A stretch of 64,000 nt of DNA from Takakia lepidozioides (lineage: Eukaryota; Plantae; Bryophyta): the NCBI GenBank assembly GCA_030704615.1, contig CM060733.1:75206001-75270000 (forward strand), written 5' to 3'. The notes below the pieces were generated by a model. That model searched no databases, was not told the DNA's origin, and saw nothing but the letters and a program-made list of their open reading frames with translations. The position numbers were made by a program, and so were the translations under genes. Below, in pieces: positions 37,423 through 49,207 of this stretch (position 1 is its first letter; every line of letters starts with the position of its first letter).

Positions 37423-40400
37423 TCAATAGTCACGTTCATCCCTCAACTCTTCAGGTAAATGTAATACAGATGCTTGCACGGATAATACTTCGAACCCTTC
37501 TTTGCTTCCATCAACGAGAAGTCCGTACAATTGCAAGTCGGCTCCACTCCAATCGTAATTGTGTATACATCGTCGCGTACAGCCGAGCCGGCCGTTGCCA
37601 TCCGATACACATGCCCAAGGCCGGGTGGGGGTACGTCCACGGAGCTCTGAATAGTGCAAGCCATCCCAAGAGCATTGGCAATCCGAGTCTCATTCAACTT
37701 GTTGGGAGGGTGTCGTCTCTTCACTCTTCCGAATCGCATTGTGGGATGTGCAGAATTGTCCAATCCGTCTCTACTGGACCGAGCAGTCTGCAATGGCTGG
37801 GTCTGAGGAACCGGAAATGCGTGGGCCGGGATGTCTGTGCGTTGCACCATTCGAAATCCTGCTGCAGATAGAGCATCCGCCTCATTCTGAGAGAGGCTGC
37901 AACCCGGTGCAAAGGCCAGACGCCCGGAGGCTCCGGCATTCCCTGAATCCCGTACTTGGGCTTGCCAAATACACAGGTCATTATGTCGTGCCTACAGAAC
38001 CAAAAATGTCTGCGTTGTGGCGTGAGCAAATGTGGGAGTCAAAAATCTGCCGCTGAAACAAGGTGCAGTACAGCACCGTGTGGGTTCCTCCGAATCATCT
38101 CACCACAGCGTGCTCTCGTATCCACCCGGATGGCGCAGCACTTCCCTCGAAATGCCGGCAATGTCCTCGCAATTCTCCACTGTGACTCCGACACTCTTGT
38201 CTCCACAATGGGAATGTTGTACTGCTTTACTACAGATGGCTCGTTATGTTGCCGGGGCACGCCCTGTGCTCAAGGAGATGGCGATCTTGAACGTGCAGGA
38301 CTTGCGGTGCTCGACGAGACCTCCTCGGGCAACATCACCGGACCACGAGGGAGCGTGCGAATATTCTTGTCAGCTCGCCATGAATCCTCTTCTCCGCCAG
38401 GTGCCTCGTCAAGTCTTCGTCTCACTGGACGGGTATGAACATCTCCTTCCAAATGTTGGCCTCTTCGCAGCAATGGCGTGTCCCGAAGCCCTCTCGCAAG
38501 GCCGCCGCCCACTTCCGAGGATTCTTCGATCTAGAGGCATCCGCATCAGCATTTCCTGCCTGTCCGGCCCCAAGCCCCACTGTTTCCCTTTCAAGAACTC
38601 GTTGTACCTGCATTGCTGCATAATTGACCTCACAATGTCCTCCGTTGTGGCAGTGAGGATGTCCACCAGATGCGCCGCAGAGGAGGCACGCCAGGAAGAG
38701 TGCACTGATTCGGCCATGTTTGTCGTGGGCATGTCGGTGTCGGAGTCGAGACACATTTCCTGCACACACATGTTGAGGTTACAGCAAGTTACAAATATGG
38801 CCAAGAATAATATTCAACGGGACGCGAATTCGTGCAACTCACCTCCCGCATATAGTCGCCAACTGGAGGAAACGATAATGCCACCATGCTAGCCAACTGA
38901 CCATTGCTCCTCGTCTGATTTCCTTACAGCACCTGACGATGTCCACCAAGCCCGTATGCATGCAAACTGTGTCTCTGCATCATCCAAGGTGGGAGCGCGC
39001 TTCCACGCAAGGCACATGGAACGGTGCTCCTCTCTGAAATCTGGCGCCACGAGCCTGGTTGTGTACTGCGAAAGGCTCTGCAGAAAATGGAACCCACAAG
39101 ATCTCTCCTTGCCTTCCATGGGAACATTGGGGTCTTGCCCGTACACCCTTCGGATGGCAGCCCAATTTGCTTGTGCGTTGTCCGCCATGAAACCACGGAA
39201 ATTGGGAGGGGGCAATCCCGCCTTGGCCATCTGTTCGTTTATTCCCTGCCAAAGAAGCATCTCCGATTGTGTGTCCTCTCCTTTCATCTCACAAATAGCA
39301 ATTGTCATTAGCATCCTGCAGTGGGTGTCGTAGACATGTGCACCCATTGTCACCCACTGGTGATTTGTAATTCGCTTGATATGGTCGAACATGACCCAAC
39401 TGTTTGACAAGTTCCCACTCGTCATCCTGTCGACCAGTTCGACGCCGCTGCCAGGTCCACACGTGGACATTTTGAATACGAAACAACGATCTGCCTCAGT
39501 CCCTTGTCCTGGAAACCTACTTCCATGAATGTAGTCATATCCACATCGTCGCTTCACCTCCAGAATGGAGTGCATATCCGAGCCACGCCCAATTTTGTTT
39601 GCATGAGACAATGTGGTTTCGGACATTCGGTGAACATACGTGGGACACCCGACTCCAGCAATGCCTCCATTTCCTTCTCGTCGAGGAACTCTATCGGAGC
39701 CGTCTTCCGACATAATTCTGGCCAATGCCATCTTATGGGCGGCTTGGAGCTGTATCTGTTTGGGTTTGGCACCCGGTCTCAACTTAACCTCCTCCTGAAC
39801 GAGCTGCTCTGCTTCGTGGGCAGCCTCCCGCGAGTTCCCCCTCGCCAATTTGTGACAATGGGAACCAACGTGTATGCAAGCTGGGTGAGGTCAGGGAAAA
39901 CGGTGCAACACATAGAACTGCTTGGCATTACAAACAGACATGCAGTGTGGGTTCTTTGCAATGCGCACACTTAAATGTGGAGTTCGGAACCTTCTCCTGA
40001 GCTCGAAATGGTTGATGATTGCCTGTCCAATCGGTCTCGTTCCTGTGACCTCTGGATTTAAAGTGGAAGCAAGTTGGGGAGAAACACCGCAACGCGCCCC
40101 CGCACAAACAACGTAGCGCACCCGCACACCATCGAGCATCTTCATGCTGGTGGTTTTGGTAACGCACCAAGGATGACCGTCATGTTTTCTATCCATATCT
40201 GTCAACATTCCGGACGCCCTCGAGTAGTCCGCCCGAGGGAGGAACTCAAAGAAGATATTACCGTCGACGTCGGCGGGAAGGCATGTAACCGATTTAATTG
40301 CGAACTTGCTGTAGTCCAGCCCGGCCAGCTCCGACCGGTGTCCCTCCAGGTGAAGCCCGCAGAATTTCAAGAATAGATCGAACTGCGGTGCTCGTGCTGG

Positions 40401-40860
40401 GAATATGACTCCCTCCTCCACTGACGTCCATTGAGGACTTGCCTGATCTCCAGGACGACCTCGGAACTTCCATGACCTCGTCTGAGTCGGACAGGTTGTG
40501 AACAACCCGGTTCTCGCTCGTCTTCATGGATGGGTTCGGCTCTGGATTTACTTCGTTGCGGACTTCTCTCTTTGAGGTAGCCACTCTCTGATTCGCGGAT
40601 TGTTTCGTGGAAGGCGCCAGGATAGAAGGTGCATTTGGCGGGCAAATGAAGTCCCCAACAGCCCTGTATATGACGCTGTCCGATGGTGGAACTCGCCATT
40701 CCCTGCCATCGCCGAAATCATCGTGGAGCACAACAATACTCTCGACAACAAGGCCGTTTGAGTCCTTCCTTTCCTCCTCCAAAAAACCGACCCCGGTTTC
40801 AGGTGGTATCGAACGCACATATTTTCTCCATCACCCGGCAGATGTCCCCTCTGCACGGAA
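37423..40860 (-). CDS. GCM-like Zn domain plus MULE DDE plus SWIM transposase (frameshifted)
   Basis: CAGALRCFSPTC...CAHC...C...GSHCH, WVMFDHIKR, FMADNAQ, CGFHF, TTNMAESVH, PTCNCTDF...PCKHLYY. Intron at about 38760-38842. Confidence 0.8.
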
Positions 40861-41189
40861 ATGAAGCTCTATGCTCGTGAGGAGGGCAGTACACTGTAGC
40901 GCTCGGTTTTCCGCCATGGGAGATGTGCACACAAGACTGCCAGGATGGCGTGCGGGGAAGCTCCCTGGTAGAAGGGGGATGCAGCGATGGGAATGAATGC
41001 GATGCCGATTTGTCCGAGCGACGAAGCCTGATCCAAATCCAGGGAGCCAACTATCTCAAAAATCCACAGTCAGAGTGTTAATGAACCTTGTCTCCGGAAT
41101 GCGGCCCCTGGTCTTTGCGCAATAACTGCCAACGGTATGCAGTCAGAAAGTGGGGGGCCGTCCGGATGATGTCGGCTGAAGGGGAGAAG

Positions 41190-42650
41190 CCGGCACCGTG
41201 CCGTCACATTACTACCCCCGATGGAAATTCGGCACCCAATATCCAACAAGGGAAGCCCGGATGAAGTCGCCTCGGGCAGAGGCCGGCGCGTGTGCGACAG
41301 AAACATCCCTGGATGGAGATTCGGCGCCGAATTTCCATCCGGGCCCCCCCAAAGGAAGTCGTGTCGGGGGGTCAGGCCGAAAACTGGCCGGCATAAAAAC
41401 ATCCCCAGATGGAAAAACGGCGCCGAATTTCCATCGGGGCGGTTCGGATGCAGTCGGGAGGGGGGAGGCCGGCACCTGGCCGTCACATTTCAACCCCCGA
41501 CGGAAATTCGGCACCGAATATCCAACAGGGGACGCCCGATGAAGTCGCCTCGGGCGTAGAGGCCGGCACGTCGACAGAGAGCATCCCCTGGATGGAGATT
41601 CGGCGCCTAATTTCCATCCGGGCCCCCCCAAAGGAAGTCGTGTCGGGGGTCAGACCGAAAACTGGCCGACATAAAAACCTCCCCAGATGGAAAACGGCGC
41701 CGAATTTCAATCCGGGGCCGTTCCAATGCAGTCGGGGAGGGGGGAGAGGTCGGCACCTGGCCGTCATATTTCAACCCCCGGACGGAAATTCGGCACCGAA
41801 TATCCAACAGAGCGGCGGAGAGGCGCACCTCTCCGACAGAGACCATCCCCCGGATGGAAATTCGGCGCCCATCCAGCAATTGGAAATCTTTCCATCCATG
41901 GAATCCCGGATGGATGGAGATCCGACGCCGAATTTCCATCCTGCAGGGAATCCCGGATGGATGGAGAAGCGGGCGGAATTTCCATCCTGCAGGTAATCCC
42001 GGATCCGGCGCCGAATTTAAGTCGGAATGGATATTCGGCCGAATTTCCATTCGCCAGGCTCAGAATTACCTTCCTGCAGGTAATTCCGAGCCATAATTAC
42101 CTGCAAGAAGGTAATTCTTGAAATACCTGCGAATGGAAATTCGGCGCCGAATATCCATACGCCAGCGATCCGACTTACCTGCTGGACGGAAATTCGGCGC
42201 CGAATTTCCATCCATCCGGGATTCGAATTACCTGCAGGATGGAAATTCGGCGCCGGATTTCCATCCATCCGGGATTCCACTTACGTGCTGGATGGAAATT
42301 CGGCGCCGGATCTCCATCCATCCGCTCTCCGCCCAACCTTGCGGATGGAAATTTTCCATCCAATTACCTGCTGAGGAAATTTCCGAGCCGCCCTACCTGC
42401 GCGGATGGAAATTTCCATCCATCCGCTTCTGAATTACTTGCGTGAGGGAAATTTGGCGCGCCGCCCTACCTGCGCGGATGGAAATCCGGCGCCGGATTTC
42501 CATCCGAGCGCATGGAAATCGGCGCCGGATTTCCATCCTTCCGAATTACCTGCGAGGGAATTTCGCGCGCCGCCCTACCTTGCTGGATGGAATTCGGCGC
42601 CGGAATTACCTCTACGTTGGAAATTCCGGCCTCTTTCCGTCGATTTTCAT
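41190..42650. repeat. Intergenic array: about 280-bp tandem units (41190, 41470, 41750), then about 53-bp units, all carrying GGAAATTCGGCGCCGAATTTCC-type palindromes
   Basis: Directly visible. Lies between the divergently oriented genes. Confidence 0.9.
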
Positions 42651-43499
42651 CCGACATGGAGGGCTTCATCCGACATTTAATTGCGCAGTTGGGCAATAAA
42701 TGTCCACCGCCGTCGGTTTTCATTCGGGCTGGCGACACATGGCTTCCTGGATACGTACCCTAAATCTCATGCTAATCTTGGCTTAACATGCTATTCGAGG
42801 CATGTACCCCAAAAACGGAGATCTTTTTCCATTTTGGCTGGGACTTATGCCGCCTGAAGGGCGTGGCTCTCCTGAGAGAGACCTCACATCCAGACCGCGG
42901 CGGAAGTTGAAAGCTCTGTACTACGGACGACGGCCAATCTCTCGCATGGCCAAACTGAAGCTCCAGCAGGAGATTCCAGTGTCTTGCTCACAACCCGCGC
43001 CAACTGAAGCCGAGTACTCTCAGGCAAGCCACTTCTGCTTTCGCTTTGTTCGATTTCTTTTTTGCTTTCGCTTTGTTGTCGCTTTGTTTTTGCATCTTCA
43101 TCCTGGCTTCGCTGGATGAGTGAACTTTAGATAGTTGAGTGAACCTTAGATTGTTTGCAATGCGTGTGCAAATCCGGCAGCTCTGGAGAAGGCTGCTTGT
43201 GCATGTCATTCTCAGGCAATGTTTGCATTTGTTTTCATTGTTGTTGCATGGCTCTCCATACTTCCTAAACTTGTTATGTTTTCATTTTTGTTACACGATT
43301 GTTGCTATGGTGGTTGCGCTGCTCGTTGCGATGCTGGTTTTTGCACCGATGTTGGTTTTTTCACGATTTTTGGGAATCACAGAGTGACGACGAGCCCGGC
43401 ACGCTGGTGGTATCATCGACAGCTCCAACTCATCGCATGTTTGAATCGCCCAACTTGGGGCGAGAGGGCAAACTTAACCTTTTGTTGGTGGACGGGAGG

Positions 43500-46400
43500 A
43501 CTTGCAACGAGAGTACGACAGAATAGGCATTGGGGAGGTTGGTGCAGGCGGCATGGCAGGTGAAGGGCGTGAGGACATGAGGACAGCAGATCCGGCAATG
43601 GAGGTTGTTCATGCACATGCAGTAGGGCCCGCCCACGCAAAGAAAAGAAAGCTAAGCACATGCAATCCCCGGCGAGAGAGCCGTCACGGGCTGCGGAGGG
43701 GGAGTGAGCAGTGCGCGCGAGGGTGTCAGTTCGCCTCAATCAAAGGTGGTCGTCCTGGAGGGCTCCCCTGCTGCTAGCCCTAGTAAGAAACAGAAAGCCC
43801 GTGAGAGGGCAAAAGAGAGGGCAAAGAACAGACGAGACAGAATGCTAGCCAGGAGGAAAGAGAAAAGGCCACTGAAGAGGCCAGGGGTGCCCAAATGACA
43901 GATGCCAATGTAAGCGAGGGACGCACAGAGGGTGGATCCCTCCAAGACACCACAGAGAGGCAGTAACACACCGGTTAGACCATCGCGGGCAAGAGCCCCC
44001 GCAATTACCCATACGGTGGAGAGTGGAGGAGAGGAAAGAACACCAGAAAGAGCACGGATTGTGCAAGTTCGAGGTGAAGCCAGGGAGAGGGCAGTAGAGA
44101 CGGGGAGAGTGCTGGAGGGTGGTTTCGCAGGTGGCTGACCCTGTTGAGGAGGACGACAGGGAGCTTTCTGACCAGGATGACATCCTCCCGGACATCCCCA
44201 GGCCCCAAACCCGGAGCATACAGGCTGGATTTGGCGGTCCTGGTGGGCTGCCGGAAAACCCCTCTGCAGCAGACGTCATGTCTGAGGCGGATATGAAGTT
44301 TGGCCGCTGCCAAGATGTTGGAGGCAACCCACAGCAACATTGGCAGGGTGCTGGGGGCATGGTGTACCCGGCCAAGCTTCGAATTCCCCTTTGCCGCTTG
44401 GTGTCATTGCAGGTGGTGAGACCTGCCCTCCCAGGCGATATCGACAAGCTGAAATTCTCTTTCCGGGATGGATATCGAATGGGGTCTGCCGCGTTTTACG
44501 TTTCCATTGAGAACGACCACGGAGCTTCCCGTGCCCACACTTCCGATGAGGTGGACAAATGGGGTCCCCATTGGCAAACGCGAAATGAGGAGTTCGAGAG
44601 ATCGATTGCTAGTGATCCTCTTTTCCAGCACTTGTCCGGTAAGATGTTCTACGTGTGGGACGGCAATCATCGCCTCCTGGCATGGATGGAGCACATTGCC
44701 CAAGCCCACCCCAACGACCTCGATTGGCATTTCGCCGTGGATTGTGTTGTGCTGAAGGTTGCGGGGCCCAAAGATCGCAGTCTTCTCAAAGCTGCAATGG
44801 CCGACATCAACTCGTAAGCTACAACCCCTCTCGCTTTTGGACTTTGAATTTGGAAGTCATTTCATTGCGAATCCTCATATATGATGAAAATTCCCATTTC
44901 AGTATTGTTTGATGGAAATGTGGCACTGCAGGGTGACTGAGAATGCCATTGCCACCAACTTGTCCCATATGCTCTTCCGAGTGAAGGATGTCGGAAGCAG
45001 GGGGTGCAAGAGTTTGCCAATTCCCTCAGTGCCGACCTCCTGCGCAAGTCGGAGGCAAAGGCAGACAGAACCTGGTATAGGCTGAGCGTCGACGCCATGG
45101 TGGACTACATATTTCGGGTAAAGCTCCTGACAGTTTTGTTGAGCTAATCTGTCTCTCTCCCCCAATAGAAGAAAAGGTCTGTGATTTCTAATCTCCTCCC
45201 CCAATAGAAAATTGTGTTGAGCAGGATCTCTAATCTTATGTGCGCATTCTTGACAGACAAAAATACAGCAGGATTTGGCACATGCGCGGAGGTTCTACAT
45301 GGAGTCAGAGGAGAAGAATCCAACCCTCCCGGAACTCGAATCGTATGTCAAAGCTGCGGAGGTGAGGGCCCGCATAAAGTACAAGTCGCGGATGGTAAAG
45401 TACGTGGCCATAGCTGATCCCCCCTTGGTGCCGACTTTCTGGTGGGTGGGGAAGCACTACTCTCGCGCTCTGAAGCCCACGATGACATTGGAGAAGCTCC
45501 ATCGTCTAGCCACATCCTGTGTGGATGCAACAGAAAAGGTGATACATTCTTAACCAAATTGTGGTGGCAACAACTCCTTTTTGTGGTGTTTGGCGCTTAC
45601 GAATATGCTGGGTGGTTGGACAGACCCGGTGGCTCCAAATCTGGAATGGTTCCCAAAGTACCAGGGACATGTGGAGCTTCCCCAAACCGGACAAACTCTC
45701 TGACCCCACATTCGACATGTGGATGAACCGCATGACATGGTGGTTTCAGGTACTTCCCCACGCTTCGTTTGGGGCTTCTACTCTGTAGGGAGATTCATTG
45801 TATTTTTGAAAAAATCAATGAATCCAGAAAAGCGCAGAGCAGCTGGACACACAAGCACATCAGTTCAAGATGGAGATATCTCCTGCAGCAGAGAGCCTAC
45901 GTGACTATGTGACGAGGTACTTTCTGCTCTACAAAACCAACCTATTCTTTCGGAGATAGCAGATGCTCGCCGGAGCCACGAGTTCACCGACCAGCCGAAC
46001 GCGGACAAAGCAGCAATGCGCCTTCTGTACAGGTACATACGCGCTGCCTTTCTTTCAAGTCCTTGCATTTCAGGATGTTAGAGGCCTCATGTGGTGTTAG
46101 GGAAAATGGCGCCGAATTTCCAGTCAGGGCTCCAAAAATGGCTAAGTCCCTAGACTGGCTGGCCCTGAACTGGAAATTCGGCGCCATTTTCCAGTTCTAG
46201 GCCCTATTGCCGTTCAGGGACTTAGCCATTTTCGGGCTAAGTCCCTAGACTGGCGGGCCCGAACTGGAAATTCGGCCATTTTCCAGTTCTAGGCCCTATT
46301 GCCGTTCAGGGACTTTAGCCATTTTCGGGCTAAGTCCCTAGGGTGGATGGCCCGAACTGGAAATTCGGCGCCATTTTCCAGTTCTAGGCCCTATTGCCGT

Positions 46401-49207
46401 TCAGGGACTTAGCCATTTTCGGCTAAGTCCCTAGGCCCTGAACTGGGCGCCATTTTCCAGGGCCCTATTGCCGTTTTAGCCATTTTCGGGCTAAGTCCCT
46501 AGGGTGGCTGGCCCTGAACTGGAAATTCGGCGCCATTTTCCAGTTCTAGGCCCTATTGCCAGGGACTTAGCCATTTTCGGGCTAAGTCCCTAGGGTGGCT
46601 GGCCCTGAACTGGAAATTCGGCGCCATTTTTCCAGTTCTAGGCCCTATTGTGGTTCTGGGACTTAGCCATCTTCGGGCCAAACCGGGAAAAATGGCGCCG
46701 AATTTCCAGTTCAGGGCTCCCAAGATGGCTAGTCCCTAGGGTGGCAGTCACCGAAAACCGAAATTCGGCGCCATTTTTCCATTTCTAGGCCCACTCACAT
46801 CCGCCCCAACCTGGGAAAATGGTGCCGAATATGCATTTCAGGGACCTCATTGTGTTTTTCATGAATGCAGGTACTGCAAGTTCTCCCTTTTGGAGAAAGG
46901 TCATCTGTCTTTCGAGCCACCATTCTTCCTGGCATGGAGGAACCCTGGGGCTGACTCCATGTACACTGACGATATTGTGAAGGAGTGGCATCTGAACATT
47001 GCGTGATTGCCCTTGGTATGTGGACCTTCCGCCCGGCTCGCTCGACCCATCCGAGTTTCAATTGAAGCTGGATGCTGAATTCCGACGAAACCGGGCTCCG
47101 CTGCCTCCGTTGGGTGCAAAAGAGGCAAAAGCGCTTGCGAACTCCAGGAAAGCGGCAGAGCTTGCTCAGGCAGGAATTCAGGAGAAATTGCATGAGAAGA
47201 GTAAAGGCAAAGGAAAAGAACAAGGAAACAGGTGAGTGCAGTAACACCCAAAAAAGAAAAACCATCGGGGCATCGGAGGAGGCGCAGGAGGGGACCCAAG
47301 AGAGTGACTCGGACGACGACTTTGTTCAAGGTCCTGCACTGCTGTTGCTCCTACCCAGTCACCGGTCGTCGGGTTCCCAAGTCAGTTCGGAGTGGGACTG
47401 GCTCTGCCAAGAAGTTGGCATTTGAGGGCGAGCCTACACGGCGGTATTCGGCGGTGACGTTTACGCACAGGCCAAAGCTAGAACCTCCAACCATCATCCA
47501 ATGCGTCAATGAGAGCTTCCTTGACGCTCTCGCTGCCAGGGCGAAGAAGGTGGCAACAACAAGTCTCTGGCGGAGCAGAAGGGGAAAGCCAAGAAGAGGG
47601 CTGGCGGTACAGAGCCTAAAGACACCCCTGGTTTTGAAGCCATGATGGAATTCTTCACGGCTGTGAGCACGAATTGCAAGAGCACTCGGGGGGGGGGGGG
47701 TTGAGGTGGAGAGAGCTTGCGACATGATTTCTCCTCGACATTCCAGATGGGGAGCTGCTGGAGGGCCTGGATGGTGTGCCCACCTGGAACAGGTTTACTG
47801 AGGACTACTGGAAAGCCGGGTTTGGGCTGGCGGGGATGCTTCTGGATGACGGTGGATGTGTGGTTGTCCTTGCCACGAGAGGGAAGACCACAGAGAATGC
47901 GGTGGCAAGGTGGACACCAAAAAGTGTCACCCCGGTCCTCCTCAGAAAATGGTTCTGCATCAGTACACAGGGGTTGCGAACAGAGGGCCAAAGTGTAAGT
48001 TATCAATCTATTGCATTCACTTCATATTGTGGTGTATGTTAAGTAGACCCTGGAGTTGATCCCTTCTTTGTTGGATGTGCAGACATTGGTGTTTGAGGCA
48101 TATTGCTTTGTGAAGAGAGGGTCTACGTTCAAATTCCGCAACGACGGTCGTCTTGTTGATGCCGCTGTGGACCCTGTAACCTACGATGTCCTCTACAACT
48201 ATGTGCCCCACTCCAGTATGCCGAAGGACACAAAGACAGGCAAACCGTGGCGGTACAGCCGGACCCGGAGCCCTGCTTTCATCCAAACCCTCATGGAGAC
48301 GTGCTCGGATGTCCAAGGGCGGATTCTGGACCTCACATGCGGCACGGGTAACCTTCACGTGCTCAGTTTGTCCCCTGGCCCGATTGCAATTGCATGCCGC
48401 AAGCTATTAACCGCCCATTTTTGTTCCTCAGGTGCTTCAATGTGGGCAGGGACGTTGTCCGACAGGCATGTGTTCGCCTTCGAGCCAGATACTGCCCTCC
48501 ACAACTCGGAACTTGCAGCGGCTGAACGTCTGCCGAAAGAGGAAGAGGCATCCTCGGAGGATGAGGAAAATCCGAGAAGGAGCAGGGGGAGGAAGTTGGG
48601 ATCGAGGCGAGGAGCCCCCGGTTTACGAGTGAGTGGTGGCATTGTAAGTTGCCTCCAGATTTCGTGAGGCACCTCCCTCCGCTCTCTTATTTCATTGAAA
48701 ACCCTTTCTGGTTGTGCTGGTATTGACATTCTTGAAGTGGATTTGTTCTTACTGTAGGATGCCAAGTACTGCCGGAGGACGTCTACACCGGAGTTCATGG
48801 GCAGGAGGAACGTGCCTTTTTTTGCCAGGGGGGATTTCATGCCTAGTCCAGAAAGGGAGTACATCCTTCCTACTTATGCTGCCCGGCTTGCTTCGGTGTC
48901 CATTAGGAGGTGTTCCGAACCTAGTCGTGTACAGCAGATTTTAGACGAGGCAAGCCTCAAGAAAATGAAGATGAGGGAGGAGGCAGCAGCTATTAGAGCC
49001 CGTCGGGCTCGTAGATTTGTCTTGGATTCTGCAGAGGAAAGTGGGGGAGAAGACGCAGAAGATTCCCAGGAGGTGAGGTGGACAGTCCCCCAAGGAGAGG
49101 ACGGGATTTTTGAGAGGCATAGTGGAACTGATGCATCACAGAGCTCGGAGGATGAGGGGGATGAGGAAGAAGGTGGGGCAAGTTCCTCGGAGGGTGTAGG
49201 AGAGTAG
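43500..49207 (+). CDS. ParB/Srx-like plus unknown domain plus beta-class DNA methyltransferase-like fusion gene (B copy, multi-exon)
   Basis: QVVRPALPGDIDKLKFSFRDGY, FYVWDGNHRLLAW, CDMI.LDIPDG, MLLDDGGCVVV, RSPAFIQTLMETCSDVQGRILDLTCGTG, ASMWAGTLSDRHVFAFEPD. About 8 GT-AG introns. Start codon uncertain. Confidence 0.7.
46100..46830. repeat. Intronic tandem and inverted array with GGAAATTCGGCGCC motifs
   Basis: Lies in the intron at about 46033-46870. Units CTAAGTCCCTAG...GAACTGGAAATTCGGCGCCATTTTCCAGTTC. Confidence 0.9.

Noticed and set aside
43500-49207. Bacterial contamination as the source of the ParB and MTase motifs
   Set aside because: The gene has conserved spliceosomal introns and lies within TIR-bounded elements nested in plant-type transposons.
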